Below the pieces are notes generated by a model. That model saw only the letters and a program-made list of their open reading frames with translations, made no database searches and had not been told where the DNA came from. From Macrostomum hystrix (taxonomy: Eukaryota > Animalia > Platyhelminthes): a stretch of 64,000 nt of DNA. Of the stretch, positions 40,411 to 51,540 are shown one piece after another. The stretch spans positions 9,610,001 through 9,674,000 of the forward strand of contig CATNEN010000003.1 of NCBI GenBank assembly GCA_950097015.1, given 5' to 3'. Position 1 is the first letter of the stretch. Every line of letters begins with the position of its first letter. The position numbers and the translations under genes are program-made.

Positions 40411-40643
40411 CAGCGCATCTGAAGGCTGCGTACAGCTGTTCAGTCCACGGACTGGGGGGACGCCACACCCACCCTCAATTATCCCAGCTGATGCTGGTAC
40501 CCATTTAACAGCTGGGTGAACTGAAGCAATGCAGATCGTTAAGTGTCTTGCTAAAGGACACAAATTGTTCCAGTGGAGTCGAGAATCGAACCCCCGACCT
40601 TCAAGTCGTGAGTCCGACGCCCTAACCACTAGGCTACAACCTC
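40411..40643 (-). mobile_element. tRNA-derived CORE-type SINE, copy 2 (best preserved)
   Basis: Head GGTTGTAGCCTAGTGGTTAGGGCGTCGGACTCACGACTTGAAGGTCGGGGGTTCGATTCTCG with A-box TAGCCTAGTGG and B-box GGTTCGATTC; CORE-like body; shared 3' end ..GCAGCCTTCAGATGCG. Confidence 0.88.
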
Positions 40644-40826
40644 GATTGGGGGCAGGTGTAATCAATTATTTTTTACTATACACACGGCTCATTTCTAAGT
40701 CGTACTTAGCTATTTCCTAGCTGTCCTTCATATATTTGCAGCGTTTTATCCAAGACAAAACAGATAAGATGTTACTCATTATGAGTTAGAGTCCTAGGGC
40801 TGACAACATATTGCTGTGAGACAAAT

Positions 40827-41199
40827 TGTAACATTGCAGTGTACCGTATTGTCTAAATTAGGTAATCTTCGAGAATATTCTAAGTCAAATCCTTCTATAA
40901 TTTTCTCAGAATTTCTAGAAGTTCTCAAAAGTAAATGTTATATTTCTATTAATCAGCTTGCAGTTAATTATAAGACTCAGATAATACTTTATCGTCACAT
41001 ATTTCGTACTATAGTTATTTCCGAATATTAACTTTGTTATAATGCAATAAAACATTCTAGAATATTCCGTTGGACACTATAAATATAAGTAGCCAAGGAG
41101 TGCAATCTCCAACCTTCCTCAAGCTCTCGGTCATACGATCGACAAACAACCGAAAAGAACCACCGCCTTTGTTCTCTGATTCATTACGAAAACGTTACA
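40827..41199 (+). repeat. 5' LTR (373 bp), TATA-like CTATAAATA near 41077
   Basis: direct repeat of 45534-45906, no differences seen by eye. Confidence 0.95.
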
Positions 41200-41222
41200 A
41201 CTGGTCCGGTGAGGCGACAAAC

Positions 41223-42236
41223 ATGATAAATCCCAGCGAGGAAACGACTTCACCGTCGGACAGCAATCCAACTCCTACACCGGTAGTCAGTCAGCCAAGC
41301 GCTACCACAAGCGCCGCGCCTCCGCCCATGAGCCAGCCCAGCAGCATCACCATTGCTCCTACATCGTTAGGTCAGCCTTACGTCGTCGCAGACTCTATGC
41401 CACTGCCAGTTTTCCAACCCACGTTAGCAGCTGTAAGCGTTAAGGCACCACCATTCTACCGCAATAACCCCGATGCGTGGTTTCAGACTCTCGAGTCACA
41501 ATTCAAGCTGGCACGCATCACGTCGGAGGATACTCAGTACCATCATCTCGTTGCAAACCTGCCTGAGGACATCGCCTCTGTGCTCCTGACGGCCGAGACC
41601 GTAGCCAACTACGCTGCTCTGAAGACAAGCGTCTGCAATATGATGCAAAAGAGCAAGCAGGAGAAAATCAACGACCTGCTGGCTACTTCGGACCTCGGCG
41701 GAGATAAGCCGTCCATCTTTCTGCAACGACTCACGGCCAAGATGTCGCAATGCGGAATCCAGCCGTCCGCCTGCCCCGACATGGTCAAGGCAACGCTGCT
41801 GCGCTGCCTACCCAACGAATTTCGCATCGCTCTATCCGGCTTTCAGCACCAGTCGCCAGCAGAACTCGCTTCAATCGCCGACTCGATGTTCGCAGTCCAG
41901 AACACATTCGGCAAAGTCAACGCTGCTCTGCCTAGCATGGTCGCGGCCCTCCCCGCGACATCGCACGGCGACTCCAGCCAGGCTCGGAAGCCGAATCGGG
42001 GCGGCATGAAGCCCTTTAAACCGGGCCAACGTCCGGTCATATGCCGCGCGCACGTTTTCTACGGTCTCCAAGCTCGCTCCTGTCGCCGATGGTGCCAATT
42101 TCCGAAGACGCCCGGGCACTCCCCGCATGTTCTCTCGAACAACGAGACGACGCCTGCTCAATCGCGTTCTTCGTCGCCAGTGCGACACAGTCAGGCCCCG
42201 GGAAACAGGATGGCGCTGCCCACCACGCCGCAGTGA
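41223..42236 (+). CDS. gag: Gag
   Basis: first ATG after PBS; [21 protein letters not shown] capsid N-terminal motif; C-X2-H-X9-C-X3-C ([18 protein letters not shown]). Confidence 0.9.
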   Translation: MINPSEETTSPSDSNPTPTPVVSQPSATTSAAPPPMSQPSSITIAPTSLGQPYVVADSMPLPVFQPTLAAVSVKAPPFYRNNPDAWFQTLESQFKLARITSEDTQYHHLVANLPEDIASVLLTAETVANYAALKTSVCNMMQKSKQEKINDLLATSDLGGDKPSIFLQRLTAKMSQCGIQPSACPDMVKATLLRCLPNEFRIALSGFQHQSPAELASIADSMFAVQNTFGKVNAALPSMVAALPATSHGDSSQARKPNRGGMKPFKPGQRPVICRAHVFYGLQARSCRRWCQFPKTPGHSPHVLSNNETTPAQSRSSSPVRHSQAPGNRMALPTTPQ

Positions 42237-42262
42237 GTAGCGTCGAGCCTGGGAGTGCGGCG
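42200..42262 (+). promoter_or_regulatory. -1 programmed ribosomal frameshift signal: G GGA AAC slippery heptamer plus downstream stem/pseudoknot
   Basis: heptamer 42200-42206 is in X XXY YYZ phase with gag; stem 42212-42219/42237-42244; loop CGCCGCA (42226-42232) complementary to TGCGGCG (42256-42262). Confidence 0.75.
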
Positions 42263-45200
42263 AGAAAAAACTTCCTGGTGGTAGACCTCACCTTCAGCAA
42301 CAGGTGCCTCTCCTTTCTTGTCGACACAGGCGCTGCCGTGTCCATCATTCCGACAAAGTACCTCCACCAGGCTCTCCAAGCAACCGGGTACCGATTGACA
42401 ACCGCCACCGGTGAGTCCATTCCTGTTTCCGGAGAGATTACGCTCACCATTGCCATCCGAGGTCTTCGCCGATCGTTTAAGTGGACCTTCCTCGTCGCCA
42501 CCGTCATTCAGCCGATTCTCGGGTACGACTTTCTGTCTCAGTTCGGATTGCTCGTGGACTGCAAGGCCCGACAGCTGGTGGATCCAGAAACGAACCTGCA
42601 CACGCAGACGCTGCCTGTCGCCAGCTTGCAGCTCGACACCTTTGCCATCTCCTTAGCGTACCCGGAGCACTGTGACGCGCGAGTCCAGCAGCTCATCGAC
42701 CGTTTTAAGGACACATTCTCGTACGTCGAAGGCGGCCGCTTGCCCAAAGCCGAGGAGGTCGGGCACGACACGAAGCACCATATCATCACCTACGAGCACC
42801 CGCCAGTTCACGCCAAAGCTCGACAGCTACATCCCGAGAAGTTGGCGATCGCCAAGGACGAATTCCAGCAGCTGATCGACGCCGGATACCTTCGGCCTTC
42901 CGCCAGCAACTGGGCGTCACCACTACACATGGTCCCCAAGAAGGACAACGGCGTCCCCAACGGCAAATGGCGACCCTGTGGCGACTACCGGCAACTCAAC
43001 AAGCTCACCAAGCCGGACAACTATCCGATTCCGCACATTCAGTGCTTCACAAGAAGTCTTCACGGCGCGAGGGTCTTCTCGAAACTGGACCTCGTACGAG
43101 CGTACCACCAGATTCCGATCGCCGAGGAGGACATCCCGAAGACCGCCATCATTACACCGTTTGGTCTCTACGAATGGACCCGGATGCCATTCGGCCTGAG
43201 GAACGCAGCACAAACATTCCAGCGTTTCATTGACAGCGTTCTGCGCGGACTTCCGTTCGCGGTCGCCTACATCGACGACCTGCTGGTTGCCTCCCCCAGC
43301 GAGGAGGAACACCTGCAGCACATGGAAGCAGTCCTGCAACGTCTGGCCCAGCACGGACTCAAAGCGCAGCTCAACAAGTGCGCCTTCATGCAGCGCGAGG
43401 TGACCTTCCTGGGACATCAGGTATCAGCCGAGGGCATACGGCCTCTCGCATCCAAGGTCGACACCATCCGCCAGTGGCCGGCTCCCAAGGACCCCCACGC
43501 CCTGCGTCGATTCCTCGGCGTCATCGGGTTCTACCGACGCTTTGTCCCGCAGTTCGCCGAAATCGCAACACCTCTGCAGGATCTCGTCACTACAACACTG
43601 CAGTCTCCGAGATCCTACAGATGGGACCCGGCTCATCAACAGGCCTTTGACAAGCTCAAGGCAACCTTAGCGGAGAGACTTCTGCTGCAGCACCCGGACC
43701 CCAAGTGCGACTCATACAGTCTCGTCACTGATGCTTCGTCCAGCAGCGTCGGCGCAGCTCTGCATCAATCGACCGACGCTACCACGACGCCCATTGGCTT
43801 GTTCAGCAAGAAACTGTCGGCAGCACAACAGAAGTACTCAGCTTTCGACAGGGAACTTCTCGCAGTGTACCTCGCTGTTCTGCACTTCCGGAGCCTGATC
43901 GAGGGTCGCAAGGTAACGGTCTTCACGGATCACAAACCCCTCGCCCAGGCGTTCCGCAGCAGCAACACCGGCACCTCCGACCGGAATCAACGGTACCTGA
44001 GCGTCATCGCCGAGTACGTCGTGGATATCACCTATATCCGCGGCTCCGACAACATCGTAGCTGATGCGCTATCCCGGCTTGACGAGGGCACCACCCCGGT
44101 CAACAGCGTCCTACCGACAACACCCATCGACATCCCGGCCATCGCTGAGCGTCAGGCAAAGGAGCAGCTGCAGCCATCCGAGGGCTGCCAACCCTTCCCG
44201 GTGAACGGACAGCGGACGATTCTTTGTGAGACCTCCTCGAGCTACCCGCGCCCGGTCATACCGGTGTCGATGCGACGAGCGACGCTGCAACACTTTCATG
44301 ACATCGGACACTTCGGTTTCCGCAAGACAGCTCGCCTCATCACGTCGCGCTACTTCTGGCCCAACATGCGCGCGGATATCAAAGACTACTGCCGAGCCTG
44401 CCAGACCTGCCAGCGCAACAAGGTCAGCCGCCACACCATATCCGGCACCTCAGCGTTCGATCTGCCTTCAAACCGGTTTGAGACCGTCCACATCGACATT
44501 GTCGGCCCGTTGCCAGTTCCCGAGCGAAAGCACGACGTCTCATGCGGCCTAACTCCACGGTACCTGCTCACCATGATAGACCGAGGCACGAGCTGGATCG
44601 AAGCAACGCCGATCGAGTCCATCACGGCTCAGAGTGTCGCGTCCGCTTTCCTAGCATCCTGGATCTCGCGATTCGGCGTACCCCTCTACGTCGTCACCGA
44701 CCGCGGCGCGCAGTTCGAAGCGGACCTCTTCAACATCCTGGCTACCAGCGTCGGCTTCTACCGGCTTCGGACGACAGCGTACCATCCGCAGACCAACGGG
44801 AAGATCGAGCGAGCTCACCGGACGCTCAAGCACATCCTGAAGGCTCATGGACAGGAGTGGCTCGACAACCTGCCCCTCGCACTACTCGCCATGCACATCA
44901 ACCCGGACGAGGATGGAGTCAGCCCTTTCACGCGTCTCACAGGAGAGCATCCGATGCTGCCGAGAGTCCTGGCCACCGAGGACGTCGACCCCAATGATCT
45001 ACGGCTTCGAATGGACGATATCACCGACGACGGCGCGCGACCTTCGCCTTCGACGGCCAAGCGATACATCCCAGCAGACCTCTGGACGGCGGAAAAGGTC
45101 TGGGTGCGAGTGGATCGCGTCCGCAAACCCTTGGAAGCACCCTACCAGGGGCCCTACCCGGTCATACGTCGGACGGCAAAGTTCTTCATTCTGGAGCTCC

Positions 45201-45430
45201 ACCCAGGTCAGCAGGAGGCAGTGTCAATCGACCGCCTGAAGCCGCTCCGTACCGCCGCTGCCACACCTCGTCCAAAGCCACCCGACCAAGCTCAACCGTC
45301 CAAGGATCGGGCGCAGAGCGACATCGCATTGCCACCACGGACGACTCCGGTGGCGGCGAGAGCACCAAGGACTACCAGGAGTGGCCGGCACGTGCGCTTC
45401 AAAAACAACAATGATTACCTATATTTTTAA
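42200..45430 (+). CDS. pol: Pol (protease-RT-RNase H-integrase), -1 frame relative to gag
   Basis: FLVDTGA protease, YIDD RT, TDAS/TDHKPL RNase H, HH-CC zinc domain, D,D(35)E core (HIDIVG, TDRG, KIER), GPY motif. Confidence 0.95.
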   Translation, partial: GKQDGAAHHAAVSSVEPGSAARKNFLVVDLTFSNRCLSFLVDTGAAVSIIPTKYLHQALQATGYRLTTATGESIPVSGEITLTIAIRGLRRSFKWTFLVATVIQPILGYDFLSQFGLLVDCKARQLVDPETNLHTQTLPVASLQLDTFAISLAYPEHCDARVQQLIDRFKDTFSYVEGGRLPKAEEVGHDTKHHIITYEHPPVHAKARQLHPEKLAIAKDEFQQLIDAGYLRPSASNWASPLHMVPKKDNGVPNGKWRPCGDYRQLNKLTKPDNYPIPHIQCFTRSLHGARVFSKLDLVRAYHQIPIAEEDIPKTAIITPFGLYEWTRMPFGLRNAAQTFQRFIDSVLRGLPFAVAYIDDLLVASPSEEEHLQHMEAVLQRLAQHGLKAQLNKCAFMQREVTFLGHQVSAEGIRPLASKVDTIRQWPAPKDPHALRRFLGVIGFYRRFVPQFAEIATPLQDLVTTTLQSPRSYRWDPAHQQAFDKLKATLAERLLLQHPDPKCDSYSLVTDASSSSVGAALHQSTDATTTPIGLFSKKLSAAQQKYSAFDRELLAVYLAVLHFRSLIEGRKVTVFTDHKPLAQAFRSSNTGTSDRNQRYLSVIAEYVVDITYIRGSDNIVADALSRLDEGTTPVNSVLPTTPIDIPAIAERQAKEQLQPSEGCQPFPVNGQRTILCETSSSYPRPVIPVSMRRATLQHFHDIGHFGFRKTARLITSRYFWPNMRADIKDYCRACQTCQRNKVSRHTISGTSAFDLPSNRFETVHIDIVGPLPVPERKHDVSCGLTPRYLLTMIDRGTSWIEATPIESITAQSVASAFLASWISRFGVPLYVVTDRGAQFEADLFNILATSVGFYRLRTTAYHPQTNGKIERAHRTLKHILKAHGQEWLDNLPLALLAMHINPDEDGVSPFTRLTGEHPMLPRVLATEDVDPNDLRLRMDDITDDGARPSPSTAKRYIPADLWTAEKVWVRVDRVRKPLEAPYQGPYPVIRRTAKFFILELHPGQQEAVSIDRLKPLRTAAATPRPKPPDQAQPSKDRAQSDIALPPRTTPVAARAPRTTRSGRHVRFKNNNDYLYF

Positions 45431-45533
45431 TGTCGAATATTTAATTTTTTCATAACTCTACCCTATCATACGGTACGTTAAGCCCCGCCAACGCATTATT
45501 TTAGGAGACTCCGTCTCCCGCAGGGGGGACTAT

Positions 45534-45906
45534 TGTAACATTGCAGTGTACCGTATTGTCTAAATTAGGTAATCTTCGAGAATATTCTAAGTCAAATCCT
45601 TCTATAATTTTCTCAGAATTTCTAGAAGTTCTCAAAAGTAAATGTTATATTTCTATTAATCAGCTTGCAGTTAATTATAAGACTCAGATAATACTTTATC
45701 GTCACATATTTCGTACTATAGTTATTTCCGAATATTAACTTTGTTATAATGCAATAAAACATTCTAGAATATTCCGTTGGACACTATAAATATAAGTAGC
45801 CAAGGAGTGCAATCTCCAACCTTCCTCAAGCTCTCGGTCATACGATCGACAAACAACCGAAAAGAACCACCGCCTTTGTTCTCTGATTCATTACGAAAAC
45901 GTTACA
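45534..45906 (+). repeat. 3' LTR (373 bp)
   Basis: direct repeat of the 5' LTR. Confidence 0.95.
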
Positions 45907-46132
45907 AAATAAGAGCAAATCAGAATAGAATACATGAAAAAAAGTTAGTTTTTCTGTTGCTGAGGATGGGGAGGCAGTGGAGGGGGTGCTGGATAGTCTC
46001 ATCCAGCTCAAACCAGCTCAAACCTTCACTGGCTCCCATCCTTCACACTCTACCTCTGTGTTGCCCCCATCCCTGACTCTTTCTGTTCTCTTGCGATGCT
46101 TTCAGCGATTCCTGGCGAACGCTGCATCCCCT

Positions 46133-46146
46133 GTTGCTATGGCAAC
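46133..46146. promoter_or_regulatory. RFX X-box-like motif GTTGCTATGGCAAC
   Basis: one mismatch from the palindromic consensus GTTGCCATGGCAAC; function not shown. Confidence 0.4.
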
Positions 46147-46674
46147 CGTTTCCTCTGCCCCCACAAACAAGCATTTTCCCGTTGCGGATCCTGCAGCTAC
46201 TATTTTTTCCACTGTTGCCCCATCCCAAAAAAACTTTGGAAAACACACAAGCGGCCAATAATTATTAAAGCCATTTTTAAAAAAGTACAAGACGGAGAAA
46301 AAGTATATAAAATGATTCCTATTTGTATTCGCCAAGTGGGTTTAGATGCATTTTTCATATCCCAAAAAATAAGCTGAAACCCGTCGTTGAACGGGCGTAG
46401 ATAAACTTGGAAAAAAACTTTTTTCTCAAGCAATAAAGTTCTCTAGTATTTTAGTGCATATCAAATGTATTCGCCAAAAAAGCAGTTATATAATTTTTTT
46501 AATTAGCCAGCCCATGCCACTTCACCTCGTCCATCATGCTTCCTAGGCCTGACAAACTCTCCGGTTTTAAGTTATCAATCTTCTAGCAGCATGCGTTTTA
46601 GGCTTGTTCTTGAAATCTACTTTATCTTCACATATCACTCATCCCACTGCATTCCCCTTATACGTGACCTCTTA

Positions 46675-47050
46675 ATCCTTTCATCTTCCTCTCTCCCTTC
46701 ATCTTCCCCTCTCCCTTCATCTTCCCCTCTCTCTTCATCTTCCCCTCTCTCTTCATCTTCCCCTCTCCCTTCATCTTCCCCTCTCTCTTCATCTTCCCCT
46801 CTCCCTTCATCTTCCCCTCTCCCTTCATCTTCCCCTCTCTCTTCATCTTCCTCTCTCTCTTTATCTTCCCCTCTCCCTTCATCTTCCCCTCTCTCTTTAT
46901 CTTCCCCTCTCCCTTCATCTTCTCCTCTCCCTTTCTCTTCCCCTCTCCCTTTCTCTTCCCCTCTCCCTTTCTCTTCCCCTCTCTCTTTCTCTTCGCCTCT
47001 CCCTTCTTATTCCCCTCGCCTTTCATCTTCCTCTCTCCCTTTATCTTCCC
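46675..47050. repeat. 18-bp pyrimidine-rich minisatellite (TCATCTTCCCCTCTCCCT)
   Basis: direct tandem repetition. Confidence 0.93.
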
Positions 47051-47258
47051 CCCAGCACATGTGTACCAGACAATGAGATCACGTGGTTTAATGAGTTCAA
47101 GCACAACCAAAGTAGAAGACGTAAGACACTCGTTTCGGGGGAAAATGTGCACTTGACCTTCTCTTTCCGTCGTTTGACATAAAATGATGCTGGCGTAGGT
47201 TATATTCATCACATACCCACAGTTACGTCCGTGCTCAATGTTAATGCATTTTCAGTAT

Positions 47259-47301
<43 letters not shown>

Positions 47302-47419
47302 CGGATTGGTCCACGGGCTAAGGGACGAGAAAATGAGATAGAGAGGAGGGAAAATAAGAAAAAAGAGAAAGAAGCAAAGAGAGGAGGTTGAGGGGCTGCA
47401 GGCATAGCCATGGGCTGGG

Positions 47420-47453
<34 letters not shown>
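47259..47453. repeat. Two (CAG)n microsatellites (14 copies at 47259-47300; ~9-10 at 47424-47453)
   Basis: seen directly. Confidence 0.95.
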
Positions 47454-47455
<2 letters not shown>

Positions 47456-47896
47456 AGCGGTCGCTGGTCTAAAGGGCGAGGGTGAGGCAAGGGCGAGGGG
47501 TCTGGGCTAGGAAAAGTGCTCAGGGACCAATCGCGTGCCAGTAGCTTCACTGACGACTCGACTTTTTGAGGCGCTCCTCCCGCCCTCTAAAGTCTCCCCT
47601 TCCACAACTGCGTGTCCTTCCCCCGCGCGTAGGAGCTGGAGAGTGACCGTCGGCAGACTAACGTTGACTTCATCGTCGCACCAGCAGCTGCCCGGCAAAA
47701 TACTTCTCTTTCTCTCCCTGTGTGTATCTCCTACGACTTTTCTATCCTCTTTTCCTCTGATGGTAAAGAGCCAGGACATGGACTGAGCCAGAGTTTGAAA
47801 ATCCCTGTCAAGCTCAAGGACAGAGAGAGAAGGTATCTCGAATTCTCCTCTATCACAGAATTCGCATTGCTTAGCACACAGAAGCGCAGTGTTAAG

Positions 47897-49111
47897 ATGA
47901 AGTGTGTCGGATTAAAACACATGATCTACGCCAACAGATGCTGCCGGTTGAAACACCAGTTGAACCAGTTCATCATCCTGCTATTGCTCAGTGTGACAGT
48001 CTTACTACTATTGCTCAGTTGCAGTCAAGACAGAAGCACCGATAGAGCCAGCTCGTCCATCACCTTTAGACTATGGCGCTACTGGTACAAGACATGTCTG
48101 AAGGGGAAAGAACTGCCTCAACAGGAAGCTACCACACCGCTGCCAACCACAGAGTCGCCAACAGCAGCTGTAGAGCGCCTGGCGTTGATACGCAACGGCA
48201 GCGTCAGATGCAAGGACATCCAATCGCTGTTTCCCAACAGAATACCGCCTGTGATTCACTGGACCAACAAGGACAATCGGGTTTTGCAGCAGCACCAGGC
48301 CATGGTACAGACGTGGCGCAATGTCTTCGGAGACTCTGTGGCCTACATGTACTGGGAGGACAAAGATGTGGAGAAGCTCCTAGTGAAGCATTATCCCAAC
48401 CTTCTGCCAGCATATCGGCATCTGCGAGTGGGCCTCATGCGGTCCGATATCGCGCGGCTGATCATCCTGCACCACGTGGGCGGCGTGTACACGGATCTGG
48501 ACGTAACACTGCAGCGCAGCTTTCACGACCTGATGGTGCAGCACACGGCCCTGTGGTCTCAAGAGCCAATAGAGCACGTCTACTACATGTACAAGAGGTT
48601 GTATTTCCTGAGCAATGCACTATTCATGACTAAGGCGCGACACAAATATCTGGACTACGTGCTAAAATCCTGGCCAAGCTGGTTTAAGTCCAATTGGTGG
48701 AATCGTATGGCGCAACTCAACAACGCCAACCAGGCCATCTTCATCACCGGGCCAGTGATGCTCAACCAGTTCTTGGATAACTATTACAACATTAGCAAGC
48801 ATCAGGCCGTCTCCAACATTGAGGACAGGCTAGACCTAGCTCACCCGGACCAGTTCCAACCAGTTTGGGACTCTTGGTTCGCTCAGAACATTGCTAAACG
48901 TCAGTGCCAGCAGCAACGCCACGCAATGTTACCGGAGCACAGAAAACATTGCGACCTGCTGACTGCTAGGCAGTTTGTGCTGCGGCCACTGCAGTCTAAT
49001 GTCACCTACGGGGTGCACAGGTTTTTGCACACCAGCTACGGCAGGAGAAACAGCTATGATAAGGCCAAAGCTGCTAAGGATATTCTGCCACTAAGTACCT
49101 GTATTATTTGA
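47897..49111 (+). CDS. Type II membrane glycosyltransferase, GT32 (Sur1/Och1-like DxD sugar-binding), intronless, ~404 aa
   Basis: N-terminal TM FIILLLLSVTVLLLLL, T/P-rich stem, IPPVIHWT, RSDIARLIILHHVGGVYTDLDV (DxD), TGP motif; start could instead be ATG 47921. Confidence 0.85.
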   Translation: MKCVGLKHMIYANRCCRLKHQLNQFIILLLLSVTVLLLLLSCSQDRSTDRASSSITFRLWRYWYKTCLKGKELPQQEATTPLPTTESPTAAVERLALIRNGSVRCKDIQSLFPNRIPPVIHWTNKDNRVLQQHQAMVQTWRNVFGDSVAYMYWEDKDVEKLLVKHYPNLLPAYRHLRVGLMRSDIARLIILHHVGGVYTDLDVTLQRSFHDLMVQHTALWSQEPIEHVYYMYKRLYFLSNALFMTKARHKYLDYVLKSWPSWFKSNWWNRMAQLNNANQAIFITGPVMLNQFLDNYYNISKHQAVSNIEDRLDLAHPDQFQPVWDSWFAQNIAKRQCQQQRHAMLPEHRKHCDLLTARQFVLRPLQSNVTYGVHRFLHTSYGRRNSYDKAKAAKDILPLSTCII

Positions 49112-49150
49112 CATCCAGAACAGGTGGACAGTCTGTTGAATGCGATAGTT

Positions 49151-50440
49151 AGACACCTAACCTGATAAGGACAGTGGGTGCAGTCAGTTTAATTAGACAC
49201 CTAACCTGATAAGGACAGTGGGTGCAGTCAGTTTAATTAGACACCTAACCTGATAAGGACAGTGGGTGCAGTCAGTTTAATTAGACACCTAACCTGATAA
49301 GGACAGTGGGTGCAGTCAGTTTAATTAGACACCTAACCTGATAAGGACAGTGGGTGCAGTCAGTTTAATTAGACACCTAACCTGATAAGGACAGTTGGTG
49401 CAGTCAGTTTAATTAGACACCTAACCTGATAAGGACAGTGGGTGCAGTCAGTTTAATTAGACACCTAACCTGATAAGGACAGTGGGTGCAGTCAGTTTAA
49501 TTAGACACCTAACCTGATAAGGACAGTGGGTGCAGTCAGTTTAATTAGACACCTAACCTGATAAGGACAGTGGGTGCAGTCAGTTAATTAGACACCTAAC
49601 CTGATAAGGACAGTGGGTGCAGTCAGTTTAATTAGACACCTAACCTGATAAGGACAGTGGGTGCAGTCAGTTTAATTAGACACCTAACCTGATAAGGACA
49701 GTGGGTGCAGTCAGTTTAATTAGACACCTAACCTGATAAGGACAGTGGGTGCAGTCAGTTTAATTAGACACCTAACCTGATAAGGACAGTGGGTGCAGTC
49801 AGTTTAATTAGACACCTAACCTGATAAGGACAGTGGGTGCAGTCAGTTTAATTAGACACCTAACCTGATAAGGACAGTGGGTGCAGTCAGTTTAATTAGA
49901 CACCTAACCTGATAAGGACAGTGGGTGCAGTCAGTTAATTAGACACCTAACCTGATAAGGACAGTGGGTGCAGTCAGTTTAATTAGACACCTAACCTGAT
50001 AAGGACAGTGGGTGCAGTCAGTTTAATTAGACACCTAACCTGATAAGGACAGTGGGTGCAGTCAGTTTAATTAGACACCTAACCTGATAAGGACAGTGGG
50101 TGCAGTCAGTTTAATTAGACACCTAACCTGATAAGGACAGTGGGTGCAGTCAGTTAATTAGACACCTAACCTGATAAGGACAGTGGGTGCAGTCAGTTTA
50201 ATTAGACACCTAACCTGATAAGGACAGTGGGTGCAGTCAGTTTAATTAAACACCTAACCTGATAAGGACAGTGGGTGCAGTCAGTTAATTAGACACCTAA
50301 CCTGATAAGGACAGTGGATGCAGTCAGTTTAATTAGACACCTAACCTGATAAGGACAGTGGGTGCAGTCAGTTTAATTAGACACCTAACCTGATAAGGAC
50401 AGTGGGTGCAGTCAGGTAATTAGACACCTAACCTGATAAG
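49151..50440. repeat. 44-bp minisatellite (AGACACCTAACCTGATAAGGACAGTGGGTGCAGTCAGTTTAATT), ~29 near-identical copies
   Basis: direct tandem repetition, no spacers. Confidence 0.97.
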
Positions 50441-50462
50441 TATTTAATTTATCCTGTAATCC

Positions 50463-50468
50463 AATAAA
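50463..50468 (+). promoter_or_regulatory. Candidate polyadenylation signal (AATAAA) of the GT32 gene
   Basis: first AATAAA after the stop codon, followed by GT/T-rich sequence. Confidence 0.5.
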
Positions 50469-51002
50469 GATATCCGTACCGTGTTTTTCCCCTAGCGTTT
50501 TTTGGCAAGTTAGATCCATTTTATTGAAGCTTTTTAATAACAGGTTATAAATAAAAAATGCCAATTAAAACGCGAGGGTTTTTGTTTCGTCTGCTCTATT
50601 TAAAAGGATCAAAGCACTTTTCTAGATTAATGTACTCGTAATTTCCTACTAGTAAAGTATTTATCCTGCATAATAAAATACATGGTTCTGTTTTTATGAA
50701 TTGATCTTGACTACTGTACTAATAAAAAAACAATGCTTCCTTCAAAACAGGCTTTTGTTAATGAAACTATTGATCGAAATCGTTCATTGTTTCCCATCGC
50801 TTTTGTAATTGCACTAAAAGTGGCTTTATACTATAGCTCGTAATTATGTAAACTGCGAGCGCAATTGCCTAACAAAAATGTGAATGGGCGTACTGCAATG
50901 TCATTGAAGTGCTTTTCAATTAGCGACTTTCTGATTTTCATATTCTTTGGTAACATACCTATAGCTTTTATAACGCTCATTGTTTTTAAGGCTTTGAAAT
51001 AT

Positions 51003-51540
51003 TTTGACACACCTGAGGTTGTTAGAAGCCTAACCTGAGGCTTTTGACGCACCTGGGTTTGTTAGAAGCTTAACCTAAGGCTTTTGACGCACCTGGGTTT
51101 GTTAGAAGCTTAACCTGAGGCTTTTGACGCACCTGGGTTTGTTAGAAGCTTAACCTGAGGCTTTTGACGCACCTGGGTTTGTTAGAAGCTTAACCTGAGG
51201 CTTTTGACGCACCTGGGTTTGTTAGAAGCTTAACCTGAGGCCTTTGAGACACCTGAGTTTGTTAGAACCTTAACCTGAGGCTTTTGACACACCTGAGTTT
51301 GTTAGAAGCTTAACCTGAGGCTTTTGACGCACCTGGGTTTGTTAGAAGCTTAACCTGAGGCATTTGACACACCTGAGGTTGTTAGAACCTTAACCTGAGG
51401 CTTTTGACACACCTGAGTTTGTTAGAACCTTAACCTGAGGCTTTTGACACACCTGAGTTTGTTAGAACCTTAACCTGAGGCTTTTGACACACCTGAGTTC
51501 GTCAGAAACTTAACCTGAGGGTTTTAGCACATCAGAGGTA
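51003..51540. repeat. 40-bp minisatellite (CTTTTGACGCACCTGGGTTTGTTAGAAGCTTAACCTGAGG)
   Basis: direct tandem repetition. Confidence 0.95.

Larger units (their letters stand above)
40827..45906 (+). mobile_element. Full-length Ty3/Gypsy LTR retrotransposon, CsRn1 clade, recently inserted
   Basis: Two 373-bp LTRs (TGTAAC..GTTACA), 4-bp TSD AAAT (40823-40826 / 45907-45910), PBS-like TGG at 41202, PPT CAGGGGGGAC at 45521, intact gag and pol, CHCC Gag motif. Confidence 0.97.

Noticed and set aside
40572-40643. tRNA-Val(CAC) gene
   Set aside because: Acceptor and anticodon stems are imperfect and the sequence continues into a body shared by other copies, so it is a SINE head.
40643-40827. LTR element inserted ~185 bp upstream of a Pol III SINE head (Ty3-like targeting)
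   Set aside because: One instance, a distance much larger than Ty3-type targeting, and SINEs are frequent here, so proximity is expected by chance.
41070-41222. N-terminal extension of Gag, and ORFs 40816, 45541, 45777
   Set aside because: These lie in the LTRs, use non-ATG starts and are duplicated in both LTRs.
39179-47212. S/L/P-rich or K/E/G-rich ORFs at 39179, 39427, 46591, 46658
   Set aside because: Translations of CT-rich tandem repeats.
49151-50440. CRISPR-like or hammerhead-ribozyme array
   Set aside because: Units are contiguous with no unique spacers and there are no cas genes; CTGATAAG is not the CUGAUGA core and no GAAA-containing stem follows.
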